DNA of 64,000 nt from Dehalococcoidia bacterium (lineage in GTDB: Bacteria > Chloroflexota > Dehalococcoidia > Lucifugimonadales > UBA2985): NCBI GenBank assembly GCA_034421435.1, contig DAOUKJ010000069.1:22013-86012 (forward strand). Reading direction: 5' to 3'. Below the pieces are notes generated by a model. That model worked only from the letters and a program-made list of their open reading frames with translations. It had not been told where the DNA came from and did not search any database. A program made the translations under genes and the position numbers. This document shows positions 18,649-27,374 of the stretch, piece after piece (position 1 is the first letter of the stretch; every line of letters starts with the position of its first letter).

Positions 18649-19257
18649 TTATGCCTGAGAGGCAACTCCTCGCATGAAAATGCGCCACATCTCGGCGCGT
18701 CTCTCTGCCAGCCTGGGCAGGTAGCTGTTGAGGGCCCAGAGAGTAGCCGTGCTCTGCACAAGTCCCAGGAAGGCCGTGGCAGCCGCCTGGACGTCAACGT
18801 CCAGCCTGATGCTGCCCTCGCGCTTGCCATCCTCCAGGACCTCTTGCAGGAACTCCAGGTAGTGGGTGAGCATGAGCGCCACGCGGCTCTGCAGGCCGAT
18901 GCCGTCGAAGCCGGTGGCCTCCGCAATGATGATGAAGGATACGGCGCCCCGGCCCTCCACGTCGCTCAGGTGGGCCTCCAGGATGCGCTCCATGTTCTCC
19001 CTCGCGGGTGACTCTTCCATGCGTGCGCCGCGGAGCGTGCCCATGAGGCTCTCCTCAATGTCGTCAATGAGGGAGGACAGGATGGAGCGCTTGCTCTGGA
19101 AGTGGCGGTAGATCGCTCCCTCGGTAACCCCCACGGCTTCGGCAATGGCGTCGATCGTGACGCTCTCCATGCCCTTGGATGTGATGATGTCCCGCGCCGC
19201 GTCGATGATTTGACGCCGTCGAACGGTGGTGCTCTGTCTGTCTACTCGAATAGCCAT
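18649..19257 (-). CDS. TetR-family transcriptional regulator
   Basis: 202 aa. N-terminal HTH …RRRQIIDAARDIITSKGMESVTIDAIAEAVGVTEGAIYRHFQSK…. Confidence 0.85.
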   Translation of the reverse strand: MAIRVDRQSTTVRRRQIIDAARDIITSKGMESVTIDAIAEAVGVTEGAIYRHFQSKRSILSSLIDDIEESLMGTLRGARMEESPARENMERILEAHLSDVEGRGAVSFIIIAEATGFDGIGLQSRVALMLTHYLEFLQEVLEDGKREGSIRLDVDVQAAATAFLGLVQSTATLWALNSYLPRLAERRAEMWRIFMRGVASQA

Positions 19258-19269
19258 AAGCTGATGAAA

Positions 19270-19285
19270 GTAAGCGTTCGCTTAC
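19270..19285. promoter_or_regulatory. Candidate TetR operator, inverted repeat GTAAGCG-TT-CGCTTAC
   Basis: Perfect 7-bp arms, 13 nt upstream of the TetR ATG, in the divergent region shared with the Cache lipoprotein gene. Confidence 0.45.
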
Positions 19286-19481
19286 AAGATAAACGCCTGG
19301 CAAAATGTTGTCAACCCCTTGGGGTGAGAGCCCCGCTGGGAATTCGGCCATTCCGCTCCGCGGCGAAAGTTGACTACCCCCGTGACGCTCGTATATGCTT
19401 CCCATTGCGAATGGCGGCGGATTCGCTCCTGGTTTCAGGCGCCGCCACGTCTTGCACCGCAAACGTAAGGAGAGAGTTCTG

Positions 19482-20372
19482 ATGAACCGCGGTACAATCT
19501 CAGCCACCGCCGCCGCTGCACTGCTGCTGACACTCCTCGCCGTACTGGCCGCCTGCGATACCGGCGAGCCGGCGTCCGTTTCAGGCCCCGGCTCCGCGTC
19601 CGAACCGCCCCTCAGGTCGGACAACGACGCCTACACTCAGTACTTCGTCAGGCAGGCCATCGACATGTACGAGTCGAACGGCCTCGACTCCACGGTCGAA
19701 TACTACAACACCTCTGACAGCTTGGACGGGCAGTGGTACGTGTTCATCTATGACGAGAACGACGTGGGGCTGGCGCACGCGGTCAATCCGGACCTGGTGG
19801 GCCGTCACGCGTCGGAGGCGGTCGGCCCCAACGGCTACCCCGCAGGTGAAGCTCTGGAAGCCGTGGCTGACGAGGCCGGGTCGTGGTTCACCTACTCGTT
19901 CCTCAACCCGCAGACGGGCTCGCCGCAGACGAAGCACTCTTGGGTGGTGCGTCACGAAGGTCTGCTGTTCGGCTCCGGCTGGTACGAGCCGGGCACTCTC
20001 AAGTCCGACGCCCCAGCTTACACGCAGGACTTCGTTAGGAAGGCAATCGCGCTTTACGACGCACTCGGCCTTGACGCTACGGTCGAGTACTACAACACGG
20101 AGGCGAGCGTGGACGGGCAGTGGTACGTGTTCGTCGTCGGCGAGGACGGGCGAACGATTGCGCACTTCAACCCCGAGTTCATCGGCCGCGACCCGGACCA
20201 GCGCGTCGATTCCACAGGGTACTTCTACGGCGAGCCTCTGCTGGCCGCGACTGAGTCCGGCAGCTGGGTCAGCTACGTGCTGACGAACCCGGATCTTGGC
20301 ACGGAGCGCAAGAAGCACACCTGGGCCGTGCGCCACGACGGCCTGATCTTCGCCTCCGGATGGTACGAGTAG
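19482..20372 (+). CDS. Lipoprotein made of two tandem single-Cache(sCache_2)-like domains, no output domain
   Basis: ATG 19482 follows AAGGAGAG. Lipobox LAA-C. Two ~125-aa repeats have the pattern YTQ.FV..AI..Y…G….VEYYN…S.DGQWYVF…..G…AH..P…G……G………SW..Y…NP..G….K..W.V.H.GL.F.SGWYE. Confidence 0.65.
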   Translation: MNRGTISATAAAALLLTLLAVLAACDTGEPASVSGPGSASEPPLRSDNDAYTQYFVRQAIDMYESNGLDSTVEYYNTSDSLDGQWYVFIYDENDVGLAHAVNPDLVGRHASEAVGPNGYPAGEALEAVADEAGSWFTYSFLNPQTGSPQTKHSWVVRHEGLLFGSGWYEPGTLKSDAPAYTQDFVRKAIALYDALGLDATVEYYNTEASVDGQWYVFVVGEDGRTIAHFNPEFIGRDPDQRVDSTGYFYGEPLLAATESGSWVSYVLTNPDLGTERKKHTWAVRHDGLIFASGWYE

Positions 20373-20388
20373 CGCTTCTGGTGATGCA

Positions 20389-20889
20389 TTGACCCGCGCC
20401 TGGATTGCCATGCTGGTCGTGGTCGTAGTCGCGGGGCTTGCCGTGATGGCTGCCTGCAACTTCTCGCCCGCCCCCGTGCCGACGGCCACGCCCATCGGGC
20501 CACCACCGGGTCAAGAGACTTTCGCAACGGTCTGCGCGGCGTGCCACGGAGCCGCCGGCGAGGGCCAGCCCGACTGGCACATTCGCAAGGAGGACGGGAC
20601 ATTGCCCGCGCCGCCGCTGAATGGCACAGGCCACACCTGGCACCATGGCGACGGCCTCCTCTATCGCATAGTGAGCAAGGGCAGCGAGCTTTGGGTGGAT
20701 CCGAGCCTGCCCAATATCAAGGGCGGCATGCCCGGCTTTGAGATGCAGCTTACCCGCGAGGAGATCATTGCCGTGCTCCAATACGTCAAGAGTCTCTGGG
20801 TGGACAGGCAGGCCCGCGGCGTATCAATCGTGGAGCACCAGTCCCGCATCAGCGAGGCGGACCCGTTTCCGCCGCCTGAGGGTTCGTAG
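20389..20889 (+). CDS. Membrane/lipid-anchored monohaem c-type cytochrome
   Basis: One CXXCH (CAACHG), a distal Met region (…GGMPGF…), N-terminal hydrophobic segment ending …MAA-C. Start codon uncertain (TTG 20389 or ATG 20410). Confidence 0.75.
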   Translation: MTRAWIAMLVVVVVAGLAVMAACNFSPAPVPTATPIGPPPGQETFATVCAACHGAAGEGQPDWHIRKEDGTLPAPPLNGTGHTWHHGDGLLYRIVSKGSELWVDPSLPNIKGGMPGFEMQLTREEIIAVLQYVKSLWVDRQARGVSIVEHQSRISEADPFPPPEGS

Positions 20890-20977
20890 CTGCCAGGGCG
20901 GCAACCGGCCGCCCGCTACAATTGCGCCCGCCGCCGTCTGGAGGCACGCGTGCTGACTGAGGCGCGGCGGAGGACAG

Positions 20978-21766
20978 GTGACGGATAACAACATGCCGAA
21001 ACAGCGCGGACTTGCCCGCAGGGCGACTCAGGTCGCTCCGAAGCTGCACTCCATTCAACTGAACGGCGCCGCCACCATCCTGTTCGAGCTGCGGCGCAGC
21101 GCCCGGCGCACCAGGACAATCAACATCAGGGTGGAAGGCGACCGCGTTGTGGTCGCAGTGCCTCTACGCACGCCGCTGAGTGAGGTGGAGGACGTCATCC
21201 GCAGGCGTGAGCGCTGGATCCTGGAGCAGATGGCCAGGGCGCCTACGGAGCCTCCTCAGCTTCTGGTCGACGGCTGCGACTCCCTGCCGTTCATGGGTCG
21301 AAACGTTCCGGTGGTGGTCGAGCCGGCGATGGTGAAATCGGCTGCGGCGCGGCTGGTCGATGACGTTCTGCGTGTCGACGTGCCGGCAAGTCTTGATGAA
21401 GGACAGAGCAAGGAGGCGGCGAGACGGTCGGTCGTCGAGTGGCTGAGAGTGCAGGCAGCGGAACGGCTGCCGGTTGAAGTCGAGCGTTGGTGGCCCAAGC
21501 TGGGCCGAGGCGACGGGGCGCGCATTCGCATTGGCAACCAGCGCAGGCAGTGGGGCAACTGCTCCGTGGATGGCACCATACGCTTCAGTTGGCGGTTGAT
21601 GATGCTGGAGCCTGGGCTGATCGAGTACGTGGTGGTGCACGAGATGGCGCACCTCACGCGCATGGATCACTCGAAGGAGTTCTGGGCCCTCGTGGCGTGG
21701 GCGATGCCTGACTTGGCGGACAGGCGGCGTAGGCTTCGTGGGGTGCAGGACCAGCTGCCGCTGTGA
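20978..21766 (+). CDS. YgjP-like (DUF45/WLM) zinc metallopeptidase-fold protein
   Basis: 262 aa. …WGNCSVDGTIRFSWRLMMLEPGLIEYVVVHEMAHLTRMDHSKEFW… (HEXXH plus downstream H). Confidence 0.75.
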   Translation: MTDNNMPKQRGLARRATQVAPKLHSIQLNGAATILFELRRSARRTRTINIRVEGDRVVVAVPLRTPLSEVEDVIRRRERWILEQMARAPTEPPQLLVDGCDSLPFMGRNVPVVVEPAMVKSAAARLVDDVLRVDVPASLDEGQSKEAARRSVVEWLRVQAAERLPVEVERWWPKLGRGDGARIRIGNQRRQWGNCSVDGTIRFSWRLMMLEPGLIEYVVVHEMAHLTRMDHSKEFWALVAWAMPDLADRRRRLRGVQDQLPL

Positions 21767-21780
21767 TGCGGCGACGATGG

Positions 21781-22590
21781 TTAGCCGCTGTCTGACCGCG
21801 GATCAGGCACGCAGTACACCATCTCCATCGGCAACCCAAGCGCGTCATACTGCGGCTTCTCTGGCAGCGTCGCAAGTTTGCCCTTGCCGATGGCCGCAAG
21901 CCATCCGGTCACGGCCGCCGCAAGCGCGTCCAGAATGTCATCTTTGGCGACTTGGTTCGAGGGGAAGCATCTGGCCAGTCCCTCGTAGATGCTGGGCGTT
22001 TGAGTCAAGTGGCACTTGAGCACGTCAAGACGTTCCCGTTCTCCCTCGCGTATCTTCTTGTTGTGGCTCATCGGCTTGCAGCCGTTCAGTGCCCAGAAGC
22101 ATACCTCCGGGTGAACCTCTCGTATGGGCGGTCGCGGAACCTCAGTCTTGGCGGTCAAGAGGATGTCAACCTCCCCGATTTTGCGCGCGATGTAGAATGA
22201 CTGCCAGGTTAGTCCCTTTTGCGCTGTCTCGCACTCAACTTTGGAAGCCGCCGCGAAGTCTCTTTTTCTGTCAGTCTCGGTGGTAGGAAACGGGCGGCGC
22301 ATTACTTCCCGCACCGTCTGACGTGTGGGCGTCGGAAACACGCTTGAGCCGCGAGATCCCTCCAGTTTCTTCCGCGCCACCTTATCGCAGTCGCGGCCGC
22401 CTGGGCCGTCCGGCAACCCTATTGGCATATCCACGAGTATCAGATCGGCCTCGGAGTGGCACGCAAGCAGCTCACTGAATGTACCAAACACGCCGCTCTT
22501 GACTAGATTGCCTTCCTGGTCCAGCCCCACGCTGAACCAGCCGTAGCGGCAACCGTCTACGCCAACAAACTTGTACTGCGACATGTTCAA
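21781..22590 (-). CDS. DUF429-family protein (predicted RNase-H-fold nuclease)
   Basis: 269 aa. N-terminus …FVGVDGCRYGWF… and …LILVDMPIGLP… match the DUF429 pattern as I remember it. Confidence 0.65.
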   Translation of the reverse strand: MNMSQYKFVGVDGCRYGWFSVGLDQEGNLVKSGVFGTFSELLACHSEADLILVDMPIGLPDGPGGRDCDKVARKKLEGSRGSSVFPTPTRQTVREVMRRPFPTTETDRKRDFAAASKVECETAQKGLTWQSFYIARKIGEVDILLTAKTEVPRPPIREVHPEVCFWALNGCKPMSHNKKIREGERERLDVLKCHLTQTPSIYEGLARCFPSNQVAKDDILDALAAAVTGWLAAIGKGKLATLPEKPQYDALGLPMEMVYCVPDPRSDSG

Positions 22591-22768
22591 GCTCCTCCAA
22601 TATCAATCGCAGTCCGGCAACGGCCATCGTAGCACATTGCTGTCTATGACAGATTCCCAACTCGAATTGACGGCGGCAGTCTGCGCCGTTACAATGATGT
22701 ATCTCTCGTTGAACGGCTCGGCGCTGTGCCTGCACCGGTCGCACTGCTGCCGAGGGAACGGTTGAGGA

Positions 22769-23326
22769 ATGCGAATAGGACTGATATCGGACACGCACAC
22801 CCCGGGAACCGGCCAGGAACCGCCCCCGGAGGTGGCAGCAGCCTTCGAGGGAGTGGAGCACATCCTCCACGCCGGCGACATCTTCATCCCATCGTGCCTG
22901 GACTGGCTGGAGCGCATAGCCCCCGTGACTGCGGTTGAGCTTGGCTCCACCGCCCACTTCGGCGACGACCCCCGCGTCGAAGAGAAGCGCGTGTTCCAGA
23001 TGGGAGGCTACACTTTCGCAATGGTGCACGACCTCATCATCCCAGGCATGGGCGGCGAGGTCATGCAGGGCACCATCCCGCGGCAGTTCACCACGGATGG
23101 CGCACTGCGCAACTCTCTGAAGGGCGTCTTCGGGGACGACATAGACATTGTGGTATTCGGCCACACGCATTACGCAGTGGTGGAGAAGCACCAGGGCGTA
23201 CTGCTGGTCAATCCCGGCAGCCCCACGCTGCCAAAGCAGGTGCGCCGCTTGGGTCAGGTGGGCATTCTGGAGCTGCTGCCGGACGGGCCGGAGGCCACAA
23301 TAGTTGAGTTGTCGGACTACAGCTAG
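22769..23326 (+). CDS. YfcE/MJ0936-family metallophosphoesterase
   Basis: MRIGLISDTHTP…, ILHAGDI, VVFGHTHYAVV, LVNPGS. Confidence 0.8.
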   Translation: MRIGLISDTHTPGTGQEPPPEVAAAFEGVEHILHAGDIFIPSCLDWLERIAPVTAVELGSTAHFGDDPRVEEKRVFQMGGYTFAMVHDLIIPGMGGEVMQGTIPRQFTTDGALRNSLKGVFGDDIDIVVFGHTHYAVVEKHQGVLLVNPGSPTLPKQVRRLGQVGILELLPDGPEATIVELSDYS

Positions 23327-23457
23327 AATAGAGCACCGCAATTGCCCGGCCGGCTCCACCACCTCCTCAGCAGCCGGTCGGTCGGACGGCGAAGAATAGG
23401 CGAGACTCAGCCGCCAATCGATACCTGACATAGAACATCTCGACAGGAGGTGAGGGA

Positions 23458-26124
23458 ATGTTGGAGACCGAAACCAGGGTGGCAACCGTGCCAAGGGCGC
23501 TGGACGGCATCCGCGTCCTGGACTTCACGTGGGTCCGAGCAGGGCCTTGGTGCAACCGGTGGCTGGGCGCTCTTGGCGCCGAGGTCATCAAGGTGGAGTG
23601 GCCCCAGAGCCCCAACACCCGGGGCATAGGCGGGCAGCCCGTGCCGGGATTCGAGCCGACTCTGAACACCTCCGGCCACTTCAGCGACACCAACGCCAAC
23701 AAGCTCAGCATTACGCTGAACACCCGCACGCCGCGCGGCCAGGACCTGGTCAGGCAGCTCGTGTCCGTGTCCGACATCGTGATCGAGAACTTCGCCTACG
23801 GCGTGCTCGACCGGTGGGGCTTGGGCTATGAGGAGATGAAGAAGCTGCGGCCCGACATTATCTACCTGTCGATGTCCGGCTTCGGTCACACCGGCCGCGA
23901 CCGGGACTACCAAACGATGGGCCCCATAGCACAGGCGCTGTCCGGCCTGACGTACACGTCCGGCCTGCCGGGTGAGCAGCCCGCTGGCTGGGGCTGGTCG
24001 TACATGGACGACACCGGAGGCTACTTCGGCGCCATCTACGCGCTGAGCGCGCTGTATCACCGCAACGTGACGGGCGAGGGCCAGCACGTCGATCAGTCGC
24101 AGTGGATAACCGGCGTTCCCTTGAACGGCGCGGTGTTCCTGGACATGCAGGCAAACGAGCGCTCCTCGATCCGGGAGGGTTACCCGCCCGGCAACCGCGC
24201 CCACTGGCCTGGGACGCCCCTGCTGAACGCCTACCGCGAGCGCACGGTTGCGCCCCACAACGCCTATCGCACCAGCCCCGGCGGCTACAACGACTGGTGC
24301 ACCATCGTCTGCGTGACCGACCGCGAGTGGCAGAGCCTGGTTGAGGTCATGGGATCGCCGCCGTGGGCCAAGGACTCGAAGTTCGACACGCTGTCCGGCA
24401 GGCTGGCGAACCAGGAAGAGCTGGACGCAGGCATCGAGGCTTGGACGCAGACGCTGGACAAGTACGACATCATGGAGCGGTGCCAGAGGGCGGGCGTGCC
24501 CTCCATGCCCGTCCAGAGCAACGAGGACCGCTTCGAGAACGACGCGCAGCTTCAGGCACGCGAGATGTTCAAGGACATGACGCACCCCGTGCTCGGCACG
24601 TGGCCGTTGCAGAACTCGCCGTTCAAGATGTCGGAGACGCCCGTGTACAACCATCAGACCGGGCCGCTGGTCGGGCAGCACAACAAGGACGTGTTCGAGG
24701 GACTGCTGGGCATAAGCCACGAGGAGCTGGTGGACGGCTTTGGAGACGGCACCTTCTGGCCCAAGGACATGGATCGCTCTCCGTACCCGTACCTGCAGGA
24801 GATGATCGACGACGGGACGGCGCCGGAGTGGACGGGTCAACCCAAGGGCCCGATTGCAGCGCCCGCGCCCACACGCACGCCGGACGCGGAGACGAATGGG
24901 GCGTTCAGCGGCCTGCGCGTGCTGGAGCTCTCGGACGAGAAGGGGCAGTGGGCCGGCAAGCTCATGGGTGACCTGGGCGCCGACGTCATCAAGATCGAGC
25001 CTCCCGGAGGCCAGACTACGCGCACCATTGGGCCGTTCTACCAGGACATGCCCGACCGCGAGAAGAGCCTCTACTTCTGGCACTACAACACCTCCAAGCG
25101 CGGCATCACGCTGGACCTGGAGACGGAGGACGGCCGCTGTCTGTTCCGCAAGCTGGCGGAGGGCGCGGACGTGATACTGGAGACGTTCAACCCCGGCTAC
25201 ATGGCCTCGCTCGGCCTGGGCTACGACGACCTGAAGGAGTCCAACCCCGGCCTGATCATGTGCTCGCTAACCTCCTTCGGCCAGACGGGGCCGTGGAAGG
25301 ACTACGTGGGCAACGACCTGCTGCACCTTGCGGCGGGCGGCCAGATGGCCTGCTGCGGCTACTCGGACGAGGACCTGCCCGGAGCGCCTCCAATCGCGCC
25401 GGGCGGAGGCCAAGCGTGGCACACCGGCAGCCACTTCGCCTGCATCGGCATCATCTCTGCGCTGATGCACCGCACGCGCACGGGCAAGGGTCAGTACATC
25501 GACACCTCCGTGCACGAGTCGTGCGCGCTGACCACGGAGATGCACGTCAACACCTGGATCTACGGCAAGCAGGTTGTGCAGCGTCAGACGGGTCGTCACG
25601 CTGCCGCGCAGCCCAACCAGAAGTCCCAGCACATGTGCGGCGACGGCAAGTTCGTCAACGTGGGCGCACAGATCGTCACGCGCATCACCGGCGAGCAGCT
25701 CAAGGTGCTCCGCGGCTGGTACGAGGAGCTTGGCCTGCCCGTCGACCTGATCGACGAGAAGGAGCGAGACCCGGAGGTCATCACCGACAACGAGCTGTTC
25801 ATGATGCTGCTGGCCAGCGCCACCCGCGACCAGATCTACCACGGCGGGCAGAAGCGGGGCTTCAACCTGGGCGCAGTCCGCGCTCCCGACGAGGTGATGG
25901 AGGACCCGCACCTGGAGGACCGCGGCTTCTGGACAGCCGTGGAGCAGCCGCAGGTCGGCAAGAGCTTCCTTCATCCCGGACCAGCGGGCATCTTCAACGG
26001 TTCGCCGTGGCGCATCTCCCGGCGCGCTCCCATGGTCGGCGAGCACAATGAAGAGGTGCTGTGCGGAGAGCTTGGCCTCAGCCGCGCTGAGCTGGCCGTC
26101 CTGGCCGAGAGCGGAGCGGTCTAG
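23458..26124 (+). CDS. Fusion of two family-III (CaiB/BaiF/Frc-type) CoA-transferase modules, 888 aa
   Basis: Module 1 begins LDGIRVLDFTWVRAGPWCNRWLGALGAEVIKVE. Module 2 begins FSGLRVLELSDEKGQWAGKLMGDLGADVIKIE (about residue 478). Each continues through the …HR..TG.GQ.(V/I)D.S… segment. Confidence 0.85.
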   Translation: MLETETRVATVPRALDGIRVLDFTWVRAGPWCNRWLGALGAEVIKVEWPQSPNTRGIGGQPVPGFEPTLNTSGHFSDTNANKLSITLNTRTPRGQDLVRQLVSVSDIVIENFAYGVLDRWGLGYEEMKKLRPDIIYLSMSGFGHTGRDRDYQTMGPIAQALSGLTYTSGLPGEQPAGWGWSYMDDTGGYFGAIYALSALYHRNVTGEGQHVDQSQWITGVPLNGAVFLDMQANERSSIREGYPPGNRAHWPGTPLLNAYRERTVAPHNAYRTSPGGYNDWCTIVCVTDREWQSLVEVMGSPPWAKDSKFDTLSGRLANQEELDAGIEAWTQTLDKYDIMERCQRAGVPSMPVQSNEDRFENDAQLQAREMFKDMTHPVLGTWPLQNSPFKMSETPVYNHQTGPLVGQHNKDVFEGLLGISHEELVDGFGDGTFWPKDMDRSPYPYLQEMIDDGTAPEWTGQPKGPIAAPAPTRTPDAETNGAFSGLRVLELSDEKGQWAGKLMGDLGADVIKIEPPGGQTTRTIGPFYQDMPDREKSLYFWHYNTSKRGITLDLETEDGRCLFRKLAEGADVILETFNPGYMASLGLGYDDLKESNPGLIMCSLTSFGQTGPWKDYVGNDLLHLAAGGQMACCGYSDEDLPGAPPIAPGGGQAWHTGSHFACIGIISALMHRTRTGKGQYIDTSVHESCALTTEMHVNTWIYGKQVVQRQTGRHAAAQPNQKSQHMCGDGKFVNVGAQIVTRITGEQLKVLRGWYEELGLPVDLIDEKERDPEVITDNELFMMLLASATRDQIYHGGQKRGFNLGAVRAPDEVMEDPHLEDRGFWTAVEQPQVGKSFLHPGPAGIFNGSPWRISRRAPMVGEHNEEVLCGELGLSRAELAVLAESGAV

Positions 26125-26167
26125 GCAGCAACGCTTGCTCCATCGGAGCTTGGCATAGACTCGATGA

Positions 26168-26197
26168 GGCAGCCCCTCTCACCTGAGAGGGGCTGCC
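26168..26197 (+). terminator. Perfect 13-bp stem hairpin after the CoA-transferase gene
   Basis: GGCAGCCCCTCTC-acct-GAGAGGGGCTGCC, 44 nt after the stop. There is no U-tract, so terminator function is uncertain. Confidence 0.4.
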
Positions 26198-26252
26198 CGC
26201 GCGATTGGCGGGGTGTGACGCGCCGTAGATTGCGCCGTACAATGGTAGTGTC

Positions 26253-27254
26253 ATGGAGAGCGTGAACGTACTGGTTGGCTGGGCCTTGCCGCCGCCGCTG
26301 ATGGAGCGCATCGCGGCCGCCGACCCTCGCGTGCGCCTCCTCAACGACCCGCACCTGGATGTCCCAAGGCCGCCGGTGTGGCCGCCGTTTCCGTTCCCAG
26401 AGCAGCTTCTGCCGCTCTTTCCAAGTACCCACGTGGTCTTCACGTCCAGGCTGCCGCCGAATGCGCTGAGCCTTGCGCCCGGCCTCCGTTGGGTGCAGCT
26501 TCTCAGCGCGGGCGCGGACATGGCCATCAGCGACGACCCTGCCTGGGACCGGATAGCGGTGACCACAGCCAGGGGCGTGCAGGCCGTGCCGCTGTCGGAG
26601 TGGGTGGTGGGCGCGATGATCGCGCTGAGCAAGCAGTTCCCCGGCGCCGTCCGCGCCCAGGACCGCCGTGAGTTCTGGAAGATCATGGGCGGCGAGCTTG
26701 CCGGACGTACCGCCAGCATTCTCGGCATGGGCAGCATCGGAAGCAGGGTGGCGCGCCTGTGCAGGGCGCTGGACATGCGCGTCCTGGGCATGCGCCGCTC
26801 CGTGACGGCGGCGCAGGAGGGCCAGGGTGATGCCGACCTGATACTGCCGCCTGGCGACCTGCCGCTAATGCTACGCGAGAGCGACTTCCTCGTGCTAACC
26901 CTGCCCTTGACTCGCGAGACCGCGGGCCTGATTGGCGCGGCCGAGTTGCGTGAGATGAAGGAGGGGGCTTTCCTCATCAACGTGGCGCGTGGCGGGCTGG
27001 TGGACGAGGACGCGCTGGTCGATGCCGTTCGAACTGGTCGGCTTGCAGGCGCGGCGCTCGACGTGTTCACTCAGGAGCCGCTGCCGCCGGACAGCCCGCT
27101 CTGGGGCGAGCCCCGCATCATGCTGACCGCCCACAACGCCGCGCACTCGTACGAGTACGAGGGTCGGGCCACCGAGCTGTTCATCGAGAACCTGCGCAGG
27201 TTCCTTGACGGTCGGGAGTTGCTCAACGTACACGATCGCGAGCGCGGCTACTGA
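26253..27254 (+). CDS. D-isomer-specific 2-hydroxyacid dehydrogenase (NAD-binding)
   Basis: 333 aa. …GRTASILGMGSIGSRVA… Rossmann motif, …LINVARGGLVDE…, …LDVF..EPLP…, …TAHNA…. Confidence 0.85.
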   Translation: MESVNVLVGWALPPPLMERIAAADPRVRLLNDPHLDVPRPPVWPPFPFPEQLLPLFPSTHVVFTSRLPPNALSLAPGLRWVQLLSAGADMAISDDPAWDRIAVTTARGVQAVPLSEWVVGAMIALSKQFPGAVRAQDRREFWKIMGGELAGRTASILGMGSIGSRVARLCRALDMRVLGMRRSVTAAQEGQGDADLILPPGDLPLMLRESDFLVLTLPLTRETAGLIGAAELREMKEGAFLINVARGGLVDEDALVDAVRTGRLAGAALDVFTQEPLPPDSPLWGEPRIMLTAHNAAHSYEYEGRATELFIENLRRFLDGRELLNVHDRERGY

Positions 27255-27321
27255 CCACGGTTTCCGCATGCCAACCGGCCGTGCCAAGCACGCGGTTGCA
27301 CCAGAGTAGCGTTAACTGAAA

Positions 27322-27349
27322 GGGCCGGTGAGCTATTGCTCACCGGCCC
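27322..27349. terminator. Bidirectional intrinsic terminator between convergent genes
   Basis: GGGCCGGTGAGC-tatt-GCTCACCGGCCC (12-bp perfect stem), flanked by T-rich runs on both strands (tgttcatt / tttcagtt). Confidence 0.6.
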
Positions 27350-27374
27350 TGTTCATTCCCTATTGCTCTGGGCG

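Noticed and set aside
20896-20914. A GGGCGGC-aaccg-GCCGCCC hairpin after the cytochrome c gene, considered as a terminator.
   Set aside because: It is only a 7-bp stem with no U-tract, which is too weak to call.
23407-25083. 558-aa minus-strand ORF antisense to the CoA-transferase gene. Similar long antisense ORFs occur at 834..1868, 2242..3237, 6648..7832, 13940..15370, 17302..18555, 36204..37124, 44274..45221 and 42434..43576.
   Set aside because: These are shadow ORFs typical of high-GC DNA. The translations are Arg/Ala/Gly/Pro-rich and motif-free, and each lies opposite a gene with clear family signatures.
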